Source of the DNA: Octopus bimaculoides
Lineage: Eukaryota
Length of the DNA stretch: 64,000 nucleotides
Assembly (NCBI RefSeq): GCF_001194135.2
Contig: NC_068988.1
Span: forward strand, 46,247,296 to 46,311,295
Reading direction: 5' to 3'
Of the stretch, positions 11,488 to 25,060 are shown piece after piece; within the stretch, counting starts at the first letter, position 1; each line of letters starts with the position of its first letter. The notes under the pieces were generated by a model, which worked only from the letters and a program-made list of their open reading frames with translations, did not search any database and was not told the DNA's origin. The position numbers were made by a program, and so were the translations under genes.

Positions 11488-12939
11488 ATTCAAGAATATA
11501 AACATGTTTTTAAGCACAACATATGCAGAACTAAAAAGAAACACTAACTTCCACCAGCACACCAGGATTGGCACCGCATGAATGACAGTGCTCTCTCTCC
11601 CTAACATGAAGCTTCCTATCTTGTACATGTGAGCATGCATGCAACAGCCAAACAACGCATTGCTGGAACTGTGAAGCGCACAATTCTATACAAGGACTTT
11701 TGTATGTTTTCATAAACTCGGGGATGGCTACTGACATTTAGCTTAAAGATTATATAATGTACAAGTATAAAGGAAGAATTAAAGAAAAAAGGACTCATTA
11801 TATTGAATGTTATCGATAATATTGAGTGGAAGAAATAGGAGGTGCTGCAGTTCGCAGTGCCTATAAATGAGACGTCACTGATACATACATACATACATAC
11901 ATACATACATGCATACATACATACACACACATACATGCATACCTTTAAGACACACACACACATGCATACAAACATATACATGCATCAAAGGTTCTAATGG
12001 CAGTGATAAACTGAATCTTTTGTTTAATGGTCCAGACTGGAAGAAGGGTTGAATCCAAAGCCTTCACCAGGCTTTGGAAAATTGGATCCAAAAAGAAACT
12101 GAAAATGAACCTTGCATCAGCTTGCCAAGAACTTACAGCTACAGAACATATTGTTATAAAGCATTAGTCAACATCAAACATAAAAATATTTTGAAATATA
12201 ATAAAATAGAATATAAAATAGGAAAACAACATAGATATTACTATATTAACAAAATACAATTATCTAAAAATAATTTAATAAAATCTTTGATTCCGAAATA
12301 AAAGAAATTAAATTCTATGAAAAACATGAATTATAAATACTACCATAAAAAAAATGTACTTAAACTAATGTGATTAAATTTAAAAGCAAAAATACAAAAC
12401 CCCTCACACAATATAAGACATGAGACAACACTGATATATATATACATATACGTAGATACATACACACACACACAGACACACACACATACATACATACATG
12501 TGTGTGTGTGTGTGTGTGTGTGTGAGTGAGGAAATATATTTAAAAAAATTAATGTTGAAACAATTTTTCAGACAATATGAAAAAAGGAAGTTATCTTTAA
12601 GAAGTCTAACAATATCAAACCAATTATATTGCACAAATACAAACTAAAGCAAGTTATATTATTTGTGAAGAATTAGGAACACATTAGAATTCTTAAATTT
12701 TATTACTATCTTTAATTAAGCTAATATTCCAACCAAAAAGAAAAATATATATATATATATATAAATGTAAAAAATAGAAGAAAATTACTTGTTGAATGCA
12801 AATATGAAACATTCAGAAGAGTTAAAGAATCATGGAAAAATGTTAAAATTTTGCTCTTTTAGAAGTCATTCCTTCTTCCAAAATAAACCAGATGTAAAAT
12901 CAAAAGAGAACTGCCAACTAAGCAGACTATACATATTGG

Positions 12940-13135
12940 TTTCAAATTTTAGCACAAGGAGGGTGCTAGTTGATTACATTGACTCCAGTGTTCAACTGGT
13001 ACTTATTTTATTGACCCCAAAAGGAAAGAAGGCAAAGTTGACCTTGGTGAAATTTGAACCCAGAATGTGCAGACAGATGAAATGCCACTAAGCATTTTGC
13101 TCGGCATGCTAAAGATTCTGCCAGCTTGCCTCCTT
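12940..13135 (-). mobile_element. SINE family D (MetaSINE-like core), degenerate
   Basis: Matches 16599-16819 in reverse (ggcaagctggcagaatc..ttagcatgccgagc; gccttctttcc..ggggtcaataaaataagtaccag). Confidence 0.75.
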
Positions 13136-14001
13136 TGGCAGACTATACATATTAAGAGAAGCATAAGAATGGATGGACATTGGTTACATTTGTTCTCTTT
13201 CCTAATTTCTGTTATAAAAATAATCAGTGTGAATTAAGATTATGAAAAATATACGTAGTAAAGTCTCTAGTATAAAGTTGGCAAAGGTGGTGAGCTGGCA
13301 GCACTGTAAACACACTGGACAAAATCTTTAGTGTCTGTAGCAGTGTACATAGCTAGATAGTTGAATGATCTCCCTTGAAAGAAAGATCATAGAGTAACCT
13401 CCCTTCCCTAAGCTTCTTGAAGCATCAGTGTCAGGAGACATGATTCTTAATTTTCAAGAAGCATGGCATTTCTCTTGGAAGTTTCTAGAATGTCTAGCTT
13501 TCCATTAATTAAAACAGCTTTCTAACCCAACTTTTTGCTTCTCAGTCAATAAGATTTAGAACCAATCACATCGTTGCTATGTATGTGTATTTCTCTATGC
13601 CCAATAACCGAGATGACTGACAACCACCACTTTGCTGTTGTTCTACATTTCCTATCTCAGAGCTTTCTTGCAAAAGATTTCTTCAAGTAGCTTCTACAAT
13701 TTGGTTCCATGTATCATCACCAAAAGAAGAATAAAATATATTTTTATGTAGTAAATGTCTAGATCTTGTATTTATTCTTTCATCTTGTGATAACATAAAC
13801 GCAGTCCCATCAACACCTTGTGCTATCTATATATTTCACTACATATCATTTCGTCCATCTTTACATTCAGAGTTCAAATTCTGCTGAGGTCAACTTTGTC
13901 ATTCATTCTTTTGGAGAGTTGATTGAAGAAGTACCAGCTGAATATTGAAGCCAAGGTAATCAACTGAAACCCCTTTCCCAGAATGTCAGGCCTCATACCT
14001 A

Positions 14002-14353
14002 TACTCTTTTACTTGTTTCAGTCATTTGATTGCGGCCATGCTGGAGCACCGCCTTTAGTCGAGCAAATTGACCCCAGGACTTATTCTTTCTAAGCCTAGT
14101 ACTTATTCTATCGGTATTTTTTGCCGAACCGCTAAGTTACGGGGACGTAAACACACCAGCATCAGTTGTCAAGCGATGTTGGGGGTACAAACACAGACAC
14201 ACAAACACACACACATATATACATATATACGACGGGCTTCTTTCAGTTTCCATCTACCAAATCCACTTGCCCAAGATGCTACACAGTGGGACTGAACCCT
14301 GAGCCATGTGGTTGGTAAGCAAGCTACTTACCACACAGCCACTCCTGCGCCTA
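14002..14353 (-). mobile_element. SINE family A, near full length
   Basis: tactcttttacttgtttcagtcatttga tail through gctacttaccacacagccactcctgcgccta head. Confidence 0.9.
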
Positions 14354-14449
14354 TAGAGGAAAAGATTATTATAAGTTTGGCCTCATTGATGAAAATGTCT
14401 TACTACATTCAATGAGCAGTAAAGTAAAGCTAATAAAAAGTCTGGCTGT

Positions 14450-15084
14450 ATGCTTTTACTTGTTTTAGTCATTTGACTGTGGCCATGCTGGAGCACTGCC
14501 TTTGGTCGAACAAATCGACAACAGGACTTACTCTTTGCATGCCTAGTACTTATTCTACCAGCCTCTTTTTGCTGAACTGTTAAGTTACAGGGATGTAAAC
14601 ACACCAACATCAATTGTCAAGTGATGGTGGTAGGGGGACAAACACAGACACACAAACATATACATATATATATATATACATGTATATGATGGGCTTCTTT
14701 CAGTTTCCGTCTACCAAATCCACTCACAAGGCTTTGGTTCACCCGTGGCTATAGCAGAAGACACTTTGTAGTAGTAGTGGTGGTAGTGGTAGTGGTAGTA
14801 GTAGTAGTAGTAGTAGCAGCAGCAGCAGTAGTAGTAGTTGTAAAAAAGATTGGGAAAAGAAACAGTTCAATAGAGGGTCGATGTAGTTATAGCAAAAAAA
14901 ATAAAAGATAGAAGAAAAATACTATAACAAGCCTCTAACTCATATATTGTATCTTATTTTAAATGCTCTAAATTTTGTCATGAATTCCGTGGCTATAGCA
15001 GAAGACACTTGCCCAAGTGGTACTGAACCCGGAACCATGTGGCTGGGAAGCTAACTTCTTACCACACTGGCACGCCTGCGCCTA
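14450..15084 (-). mobile_element. SINE family A interrupted by a 220-bp templated insertion
   Basis: SINE sequence resumes at 14987 after a 24-bp duplication ccgtggctatagcagaagacactt. Confidence 0.9.
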
Positions 15085-15648
15085 TGATTGAAAAATTTCC
15101 TTTACAACCATATGATTCTCGTTTCAATCCTATAGTGCTGGAATTTGATAGACAAAATTTGCAAAAGCCTGTTATACACATATGTGTTTGCCTGTGAATG
15201 TATACATGTGTGTCTATGTGTGAGTGTTTATGTATAATGTTAGTGTATATCAGTAGTAGATGTAAAGATTGGTGAGAAATCAAAAAACTAATGCTTTTAA
15301 AGAAAAATATCCTGTGCTGTACTTGCCCATAACTACCCCTTAACACTCTTATTGTCATAAATGCAGTTACCCAGTGGCTGATCGCTTGAAACATATGACC
15401 AACAATGCTGTTGACCAGTAAATGTGATATACAATACAAAAAATACATAAATAAATAAATAAGTTGTATTGAGGGAATTCATGACAAAATTTAGAGCATT
15501 TAAAATAAGATACAATATATGAGTTAGAGGCTTGTTATAGTATTTTTCTTCTATCTTTTATTTTTTTTGCTATAACTACATCGACCCTCTATTGAACTGT
15601 TTCTTTTCCCAATCTTTTTTACAACTACTACTACTGCTGCTGCTGCTG

Positions 15649-15700
<52 letters not shown>

Positions 15701-15730
15701 CACTACCACTACCACCACTACTACTACAAA
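14767..15730. repeat. Near-perfect inverted repeat pair (14767-14988 vs 15474-15730)
   Basis: Unique portion appears identical in reverse complement by eye; only the (TAC)n tract length differs. Confidence 0.95.
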
Positions 15731-16598
15731 AATATTTTCAGTTCCTATAAATGTGTGCTGAATGTGTATCTCCTCTTGACTAATTCTATACAAATCTTTA
15801 AGCTTCAGCAGTAGATATTCTAAAATTGGAATGGTAAGGATGAGATTATAAGAATGGTTTCTGCACAAAGATGACAAATTAATCTGTGAATTAATTTCCA
15901 CATTTTTCACAAGACAACAATAGAACCACATACTATTGCTTGACCTGCCAGATATAGAAACATGAACCTCCTTCAAATCACAACCAAACATATTATAAAA
16001 AAAATTATGGATATATGGGATAATGTAAATTAAAATACATTATTTCTGAAAAAAAAAAAAAACAGAAACAAAAAATATACAGAACAAAATAAAAGACAAG
16101 ATGGGGGAAGTTAGAATACCTTTCCTATAATAAATCTGCTTGATCAGAACTAAGATGGAAATAGACCTACAAGAACAACAACATCTAAACATTACAGTCA
16201 CTTCACTGGCTTCTATCACCTCTGCTGCTTATAATTGCATTTGAACCGTTGTTCATAATACTTCTACAATAATTTGTCCCTCCTAAATAGCACCCTTTTC
16301 ATTTACTCTTTCCCTAACCTAGCTAGCCAAGCAGATTAGTAACTGTATTATTATTTCAAGTTATAAGGTGGGAAAGCTGACAGCATTGTCAGCATGCTGG
16401 GCAAACTGAGTTTGAGTCATCCTGTTCTGAGTTTGAGTCATCCTTTTAGAGTTGATAAAAAAAAGTACCAAGTAAGCGTGGTTCTGGGTTCAATCCCACC
16501 ATATGGCACTTTAGGCAGGTGTCTTCTACTATAGCTTCGAGCTGACTGAAGCCTTGTGAGTAGATTCGGTAGACAGAAACTGGAAGTAGACAGAAACT

Positions 16599-16819
16599 AA
16601 GGCGGCGAGCTGGCAGAAACGTTAGCACGCTGGGCGAAATGCTTAGCGGTAATTCGGCTGCTGTTACGTTCTGAGTTCAAATTCTGCTGAAGTCGACTTT
16701 GCCTTTCATCCTTTCGGGGTCGATAAATTAAGTACCAGTTATGCACTGGGGTTGATGTAATCAACTTAATCCCTTGTTTGTCCCTCTATGTTTAGCCCCT
16801 TGTGGGCAGTAAAGAAATA
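16599..16819 (+). mobile_element. Young SINE family D (MetaSINE-like core) inserted in a family A SINE
   Basis: CpG-rich intact copy (ggcggcgagctggcagaaacgttagcacg...gtcgactttgcctttcatcctttcggggtcgataaattaagtaccag); 7-bp TSD agaaact at 16592-16598 and 16820-16826; the Meta-domain assignment is from memory and needs checking. Confidence 0.85.
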
Positions 16820-16844
16820 AGAAACTGAAAGAAGCCCATTATAT

Positions 16845-17945
16845 ATCATCATCATCATCATCATCGTTTAACGTCCGCTTTCCATGCTAGCATGGGTTGG
16901 ACGATTTGACTGAGGACTGGTGAAACCGGATGGCAACACCAGGCTCCAGTCTGATTTGGCAGAGTTTCTACAGCTGGATGCCCTTCCTAACGCCAACCAC
17001 TCAGAGAGTGTAGTGGGTGCTTTTACGNNNNNNNNNNNNNNNNNNNNNNNNNNNNNNNNNNNNNNNNNNNNNNNNNNNNNNNNNNNNNNNNNNNNNNNNN
17101 NNNNNNNNNNNNNNNNNNNNNNNNNNNNNNNNNNNNNNNNNNNNNNNNNNNNNNNNNNNNNNNNNNNNNNNNNNNNNNNNNNNNNNNNNNNNNNNNNNNN
17201 NNNNNNNNNNNNNNNNNNNNNNNNNNNNNNNNNNNNNNNNNNNNNNNNNNNNNNNNNNNNNNNNNNNNNNNNNNNNNNNNNNNNNNNNNNNNNNNNNNNN
17301 NNNNNNNNNNNNNNNNNNNNNNNNNNNNNNNNNNNNNNNNNNNNNNNNNNNNNNNNNNNNNNNNNNNNNNNNNNNNNNNNNNNNNNNNNNNNNNNNNNNN
17401 NNNNNNNNNNNNNNNNNNNNNNNNNNNNNNNNNNNNNNNNNNNNNNNNNNNNNNNNNNNNNNNNNNNNNNNNNNNNNNNNNNNNNNNNNNNNNNNNNNNN
17501 NNNNNNNNNNNNNNNNNNNNNNNNNNNNNNNNNNNNNNNNNNNNNNNNNNNNNNNNNNNNNNNNNNNNNNNNNNNNNNNNNNNNNNNNNNNNNNNNNNNN
17601 NNNNNNNNNNNNNNNNNNNNNNNNNNNNNNNNNNNNATGTCCTCAGCAGTTACAGCCCATGTTTCACTGCCATGTAGCATGGTTGTTCGTACGCATGCGT
17701 CATACAGTCTGCCTTTTACTCTGAGTGAGAGTCCCTTTGTCGCCAGCAGGGGTAAGAGCTCTCTAAACTTTGCCCAGGCTATTCTTATTCTAGCAGCTAC
17801 ACTTTCAGCGCACCCACCCCCACTACTAACTTGGTCGCCCAGATAGCGGAAGCTATCGACTACCTCTAGTTTTTCACCCTGGAATGAGATAGAAGTTGTT
17901 TCCTGTTTGTTTGCAGTCTTTATTGCACCTGAGCATCTGCCACAA
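16845..17945 (-). mobile_element. Young RTE-clade LINE, 5'-truncated, spanning an assembly gap
   Basis: LEVVDSFRYLGDQVSSGGGC..SV.ARIRIAWAKFRELLPLL..KGLSLRVKGRLYDACVRTTMLHGSETW is RTE RT C-terminus; 3' UTR ends in (GAT)n. Confidence 0.92.
17028..17636. other. Assembly gap (N run) inside RTE
   Basis: Run of N. Confidence 0.99.
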
Positions 17946-17947
17946 AC

Positions 17948-17980
<33 letters not shown>

Positions 17981-18557
17981 AAAGTGAAAGGGGTGCAGTA
18001 TATGTACATATTTGTGTGTGCCTGTGTTTGCCATTGCTTGACAATTGATGCTGGTGTGTTTATGCCCCCATAACATAGCATTTCAGTGAAAGAGACCAAT
18101 AGAATAAGTATTAGGCTTACAAAGAATAAATCCAGTGGGGAGGGGGGGGGTCAATTTCTTTGACTGACACACTTTAAGGCATTGCTTCAGCATGGCCACA
18201 GTCAAATGACTGAAACATGTAAAAGAGTAAAAGAGTAAGCACTGGGGATGATGTAATTGACTTTCCAATTCCTCCATGACCATCATCACTATCACCATTT
18301 AACATCCATCTCCCATGCTGACGACATGGGTTGAATGGTTTGACAGGAGCTAGCAAGCCTGAGGACTGCACCAAGATCAACTATCTGGTTTGGCAACGTT
18401 TTAATGGCTGTTCTCCCTTCCTATTGCAAACTACTACAAACCACTATAAGGGCTCAGAATTTCATGTACAGCAGTTATGAAACATGCTTGAAACTCTCCC
18501 ACCTTGAGCTACTTTGGAATGTCTGCTGATTAAAAACAAATGAAATATACATACTCT

Positions 18558-18797
18558 TATTTACATTATTTACATTTGAAGGATATTTGTCCTCATCTTG
18601 TTTGTTGTTAACACATTTCAGCTGATATACCCTTCAGCCTTCATCAGGTGTCTTGGGGAAATTTCGAACCTGGGTTCTCATTCCTAAGGTATTTTTCGAT
18701 GTTATTATCATTGTTATTATTATTATTATTATTATGAAATTGTACTCGGAATCTTGGGGTTAGTAGCCTGTGCTCTTAACCTCTAAGCCATATGCTC
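18558..18797 (-). mobile_element. tRNA-head/(TAA)n/hammerhead-tail SINE-like element, copy 1
   Basis: Minus: gagcatatggcttagaggttaagagcacaggctactaaccccaagattccgagt-(taa)n-catcgaaaaataccttaggaatgagaacccagg...gacac CTGATGA a ggctg..cagct GAAA tgtgtt (stem III region partly deleted). Confidence 0.85.
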
Positions 18798-19869
18798 ATG
18801 TTTTAAGTTCTATCTATTCTGCTTGTGCAATAAACATACATGTAGACGTGCACACACACCCACATGCACATACACAGGTAGGTAAACAAGTGAAAATTAG
18901 ATAAGACTCAGTACATGTAGCTAAAGATGTAAATATTTGATAATGGGTTAACTCAGCATCACTTTACCAATAAATTCATAGGAACGGATATGATTCTACA
19001 CCTTCCGTTACATGGATACTGAAAATGAAGACGCATGTTTGCTCCAATGAAACTTTGAGCAAGGAGGTGCTGAGTTTACTTGTTATTACACATGTGGGTT
19101 TTTTTTTTTGTGTGTGTGTGTGTGTGTGAAGTGTGTCAGTATCTACATCTTGTTTACATTTGCATAAGTTTAAACTTTTTTTGTTGTTTTTATGTTGCAT
19201 GCCATAACTTAGTGGGTAAACAAAAAGAGATCAGTAAAATAATAACAGAGTGAAATAAGAAACAGGCTGAATATGATTGTCTGAAATCCCTTGGAAGCAG
19301 AGCCTTAGTGCAACCAAAATCCAGTGACTGAAATCAATAAAAGGATATTTCTTTTATATATACACTATATAGAAATCATTGTGATTCATAGCTCCATAAT
19401 CTAATGATATCTTTGCATTTTCAAACAAAAGCAAACATGAAGTTTATAAAAAGAAAATACATTTGTTGCTATCGGGAGAAGTGAATGCTAATATTCTGGG
19501 TAGATTCATTCAGAGGAGAAGAAAAGGAAAATATGATTTTACAATGGACATAGAGATTTAGCTGAATAAGAATAATTATGTAATTGTAACATTTGCAGTG
19601 AACCAATTCTAAAATTTAGTTTCTATTGTATGAATCACTGGAAGATTATTGTTTTTATGCAGTGAAGTTAACTTGGTGAAACCCATTATGTGCAAACGAT
19701 TTTTACCTTGGTATTTAAGCTAAGCATTGTAATCTTAGCAAATACTTCAACACTTCTTCAGGGCCAGGAAAAATTTTCTCCTGATAACAATTACTAACAC
19801 TGAACAAAACTCAAGTGAGAGCCACATTGGAATACAGTTGCCACATAAAGCTTGGTGCTGAGGATATAA

Positions 19870-19990
19870 TACAGACATCAGACTGGAGCCTGGTGCAGCC
19901 TCCTGGCTTGCCAGTCTTCAGTCAAGCCGTCCAACCCATGCCAGCATGGAAAGTGGACGATGATGATGATGATGATGACGACGACGACAT
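19870..19990 (+). mobile_element. RTE 3' tail fragment
   Basis: cagactggagcctggtgcagcc...aacccatgccagcatggaaagtggacg(atg)n, same tail family as 16845-17027. Confidence 0.8.
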
Positions 19991-21184
19991 CGTAGACTGC
20001 ATTTAAAAAATAGTTTTTCACCTGATTGATAGGCATAAAGTTGTTTGCCAACACACTCCAACCTCAGGTGTACTTTCATGCTGTAATCTCATTTCCCACT
20101 CTTGTTTACCACTGCAGAGGCCTCTGTTCCTAAGAACTGGCAGTTCTCCTGCTATTTTTATTTTGACACTCGCAATTCAAATTTATTCTCATCACCCATT
20201 CTTTTTGTGGCACCATCCTTCACAAGCCTTGTTCTAACCAGTTTACTTAGTTTTTCCATCTTGAAACATCAACCCTCAGGACTTCTCATCCTGTTTTCAT
20301 TTTCCCAGTAGCCATCATTTTGAAGGAACATCTGTGGCATTTCTCCAATCTAAAAACGACCTGTGATGGCTATTAGAACAATCCTGTTTTTTTTTCAAAC
20401 CAAAGCATGTAAGTTTTAAAAATATAAGAAGGCATTGCTGTGTGGTGAAGAAGCTTGCTTCCCAACCATGTAGTTTTAGGGTTCAGTCCCAGTGTATTAC
20501 TTTTTCAGGTGTCTTCTACTACATACTCATATTACTTAAAGCCTTTTAAGTGTATTTAGTAGATGGAAACTGAAAGAAGCTTGTGTATATATGTGAATGT
20601 GTGTGTGTGCTCGTGTCTCTTTGTGCATTTCCAACTTTCCTTGATTAAATTGTGCAGTCATGGATAAACGTAATCTTGCTTGGAAACAAATGAGAGTTTG
20701 TGACAGGAAGGACATCCAACAATAGATGATCTGCCCCTACAAGTCCAATCCGACCAATGCATGCATTGTAGAGTAGATGTTACAATGCTGCTGCTGATAT
20801 TAGGGATGATGATTCCACTGAGGTTGATAATGTGAATGAATTTCATCAAATATATACTGTTTATTCCACTTAAAGCAGTTAACTGTATCAGTCCATGTTC
20901 ATACGTATATAGAGATATTGTTTGATTTGGATACTTAGCAGTTAAATGAGTTGATCCCCTCTGAGACACAGTAGTATAACATGATTGGAGACAAGCCATC
21001 AGAACTTTTTCCATTTTGCTGAAGAGGTTCGAGAGAGGAATGCATAATAATCTCATTCATTGACTAATATTTTTTCTAGATTCCATAATTATTTCTAGAT
21101 GTTTTTCTTCAAATAATCCTTGAATTAAATGTTAACACTAACTGAAATATGCAATTAATTTGATTAAGATTTCTTCAAGGTTAG

Positions 21185-21615
21185 CATAGATGTGTGGTTC
21201 AGAAGCTTGCTCTGCAACCATGTGGTTTCAGGTTCAGTCCCACTGCATGATACCTTGAGCAAGTGTCTTCTACTATAGCCCTGGACCTACCAATGCATTG
21301 TGAGTGAATTTGGTTTATGGAAACTGTGTGGAAGCCAGTCTCACACACACACACACACACATGCAGATAAACATATATGTTTGTGTCTTTACATGTAAGT
21401 GTGTATCTATGTGCCTCCCGGCCCCACTGCTTGGCAACCAGTGTCAGTTTACATCCTCATGACATAGCACTTTGGCAAAAGAAACCTATAGAATAAGTAG
21501 CAGATATAAAATAATAAGTATTGGGGTTAATTTGCTTGATTAAACCATTTAAAGCAGTGTTCCAGCATGACCACAGTTAAATGACTGGAACATGTGAAAG
21601 ATGAAAGATAAAAGG
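21185..21615 (+). mobile_element. SINE family A, degenerate
   Basis: Head gtgtggttcagaagcttgc..ccatgtggtttcaggttcagtcccactg; tail cagcatgaccacagttaaatgactggaac. Confidence 0.8.
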
Positions 21616-22862
21616 TATTCTAAGCCTTTAGTAATTGTAAGGCTGTGTGGTTAAGAAATTCATTTTGCTACTACATGGTTCTCGGTTCAATTTCACTGTA
21701 TGGTATTTAGGGCAAATAATATCTTTTTACCATAAACTTAGGTTGACAAAAACTATGTGTGTGGAGTTTGGCTGACAGGGACAGTGTAGAAACCTGTTGT
21801 ATAGATATGTAAGCATGTGTGTGTATATGTTAACCTGTGCAAGTACACGTGTGTGTGTGTGTGTATGTGTGTGTGCTCTCAACAGCTGTATATTGTTTGA
21901 AGAACAAAGGGAGATGGTATGTCACTGAGAAACAAGTGATATTTGATTAAAGGAAGAGTATCTGTTGTAGAATAACAGGCTCAATAACTTTCTTCTGACC
22001 CATGTCATCATGGAAAAGTAGACATTAAAATGTTGAAAAAACATTGATGATATTGAATTTATTTATTTGCACTGAAGTATACTAGTATGAAACCTCATAA
22101 ACTAGTGTTTTTGACTGAAAATTACATGTAATATTTGTTCTGTCTAAGTTTCCACACAATCCCTAATCCAAATTGCCATTCTAAGTGCATTGAACCAGTA
22201 CTTATTCTGCTGAAAATATGTAACCAGAGGTACCACTGTTTGCAAAATGTGATAGAAAACAAACAAATAAATAACCACATGTTCAAAGAAGAAAAGAGTA
22301 TGTATCTGGTTAGTTTAGTTACCATTTCTGTCTGTTTGTCTTTCATTCAGGTCACTAAAGGTGTTGGGAAAGGCATGGATACAACACAACTCCTGGCTAC
22401 TTGTGTGGAGTCTAAAATCTAGTCTGGATGTAACACCATCTTGTTTCTCATTGTTTAAAGTGAGACCTTGCTATGTAAGAAATGGGAATCATTTAAAAGA
22501 TACTTTTGTCAGTGAGTGACAGTGAAGCTATTCTGTATATTTCTTTTCCCCTCTAGTGGTGCAAATGTCTATCGAGTATAAAAGGTGATGGGGTTGGAAT
22601 AATATTTTCATAGAAATCTATTAAAGAAGGACATGAATATTTCAAGCAATGCTCTTAACGTGCTTATCTTGCCTTCAAGCTGGTTAAATGAAGCTATTGG
22701 TGTGGTAAAGTAAGAGGGGTAGACATATAGATAGATAAAGAGAGGAAAGCAGATGAGAGATATAAAGATAAGGGGAGAGTAATAGCTACTTTTGTGCGAG
22801 CACACACACACACGTACACACGCAGCCACCTACACACACACATGCACAAACACACAATTGCT

Positions 22863-22895
<33 letters not shown>

Positions 22896-23129
22896 NNNNN
22901 NNNNNNNNNNNNNNNNNNNNNNNNNNNNNNNNNNNNNNNNNNNNNNNNNNNNNNNNNNNNNNNNNNNNNNNNNNNNNNNNNNNNNNNNNNNNNNNNNNNN
23001 NNNNNNNNNNNNNNNNNNNNNNNNNNNNNNNNNNNNNNNNNNNNNNNNNNNNNNNNNNNNNNNNNNNNNNNNNNNNNNNNNNNNNNNNNNNNNNNNNNNN
23101 NNNNNNNNNNNNNNNNNNNNNNNNNNNNN
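22896..23129. other. Assembly gap in (TA)n
   Basis: Run of N. Confidence 0.99.
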
Positions 23130-23774
23130 ATATATATATATACACACATATATATATATATATACACACATACACAAAATATAAATGATGTATATAAGTA
23201 TATGCACACCACACATATATACATAGTCTTTTATGTCCTTTCAGAGGCTATTTATACATGCATGCTCTAGCGTGCATGCACACACACACACACACACACG
23301 TGCATTACTCTTCTTTTGTATTCACCTAATCACAAAAGTTTTTCACTAGCCACGTAATTTCTTAACTGAATTTTAAGACGAAGTATTTGCTTCAACTGCT
23401 GGAAGGTATAATGTGTACTAGAAGATATATGAACGTTGAATCCGGAACCATAACTAACTTATAAGAATCTAAATTTGCTACTAGCCAACCAGATAAGTTG
23501 GCAGTGAAAGGGGAAGAGATAAGTAGAAGAATTTCCACTAAACTTTATTCAAATCCATTCTGCTGGTCATTTTGAATGGTCAATTTAATCCTATGTCTTA
23601 GCTGGTATACCAATGTTTATAGTTATAGCATTGCTATTGAAATGAAATAACTCTCCAGAAATTCCCCTACCTACACTTTTCAAAGCAAGTGGCACCAATA
23701 CCATATTGTCAGATATTTTAGCAAAATTTTTTGATTTATTTTCATATTTTTCATGGATACTAAATCATGTAAAA

Positions 23775-23960
23775 CCTGGCACTATGTCAGTTACGGTGAC
23801 GAGTGTTCCAGTTCAACTGATCAATGGAACAGCCTGCTTCTGAAATTAATGTGCAATGACTGAGCACTCCATAGATATGTGTAACCTTAACGTAGTTCTC
23901 AGGGAGATTCAGTATGACACAGAATGAGACAAGACTGGCCCTTTGAAATGCAGGTACTTT
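23775..23960 (-). mobile_element. SINE family B 3' fragment
   Basis: gttccagttcaactgatcaatggaacagcctgc..gaaattaatgtgc matches 11105-11290. Confidence 0.8.
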
Positions 23961-24624
23961 GAACTCACAACATTATAACTGTGAGCTGAATACCATAACC
24001 ACTAAGCTATGCTTCTCACTCTTAATTATACACTTACCTATATACTTATACTATTTTATTAGAAGCACACACAAACACACACACACACATATGCAATCAT
24101 ATAGTAAGTACAGGCTTAGCTGTGTTGTTAGGAGATTCAATTTGCAATCATGTGACTTTGGGTGTTTGATTCCACTTTGTGGTACCACCATAAAGTGTTT
24201 CTACTATAACCTGAAATCGATCAATGCTTTCTGAGTGAAAAATGGTCAAAGAAAACTGCACAGGAACATGTTGTATATGCATATAAATATGTGTGTATGC
24301 ATGTGTGTGTGGGCAGGAGCATACATGTGTGTATGCTTGTCTTTGTGAGTGTTAACATAGACACTGCTTGAGTAAATGAGATATTTCATGTCCTATACAA
24401 ATGGTCAAGTAGCTCAATAGGTTTGAAATGCTAACACCTGTGATAATTAACTTACATGGAGAGCAAGAAAAGATCATTCAGAAGGGATTCTCACTATAGA
24501 AAATTATCTCAAGAAGTTTCAGTGCAAACCATAAAGTGGATGACTCACATATATATATATATATATATATACATACATACGTATGTATGCATGCATGTAT
24601 GTATGTGTGTGTGTATGTAATTTT

Positions 24625-24965
24625 TCAGTCTTATTTCAAGATTTCTTGCGAATGGAGAAAGAGCCTGTTTCTAATCTAGAACCAAGGTTCCTTCATTGGA
24701 ATTTCAACATCAAAAACAGGGTATTTTTGTTTGTATGTATACATGCAGTTTTGTATGTTTTGTTTCATATATGTCTTCTCTTATATATGCCTTCTCCACC
24801 TAAATGATAAACTTCTGGAAAATTTTACAGATTTTTACAGTTCTAAAGGCTTGGATCTGTAGTTTTTGAATTAGCTCTCATCTTTCTGGATTTGAGAACT
24901 AATTTTTCAAGATTGGTATTTAGGCAGTGTGCTACATATCCCAGTGATCCAATGATTACAGGTTT
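24625..24965 (-). mobile_element. R4/Dong-like element, 5'-truncated
   Basis: Reverse complement of most of 10400-10775 (VIIGSLGYVAHCLNTNLEKL...; 3' UTR aaggaaccttggttctag). Confidence 0.75.
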
Positions 24966-25020
24966 ATGTATGTATGAATGTATATATGTATGTACGTATT
25001 TGTAAGTATGTATGTATATT

Positions 25021-25060
<40 letters not shown>

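Noticed and set aside
13640-13720. FGDDTWNQIVEAT, resembling an H-NOX N-terminus or mariner TGDETW
   Set aside because: Immediate in-frame stop, no splice support, too short to assign.
15742-15833. Strong AG...GT pair on the plus strand
   Set aside because: Stops in all three frames.
20658-21056. 132-aa minus-strand ORF
   Set aside because: Partly an RTE tail in antisense; no recognisable domain or good splice sites.
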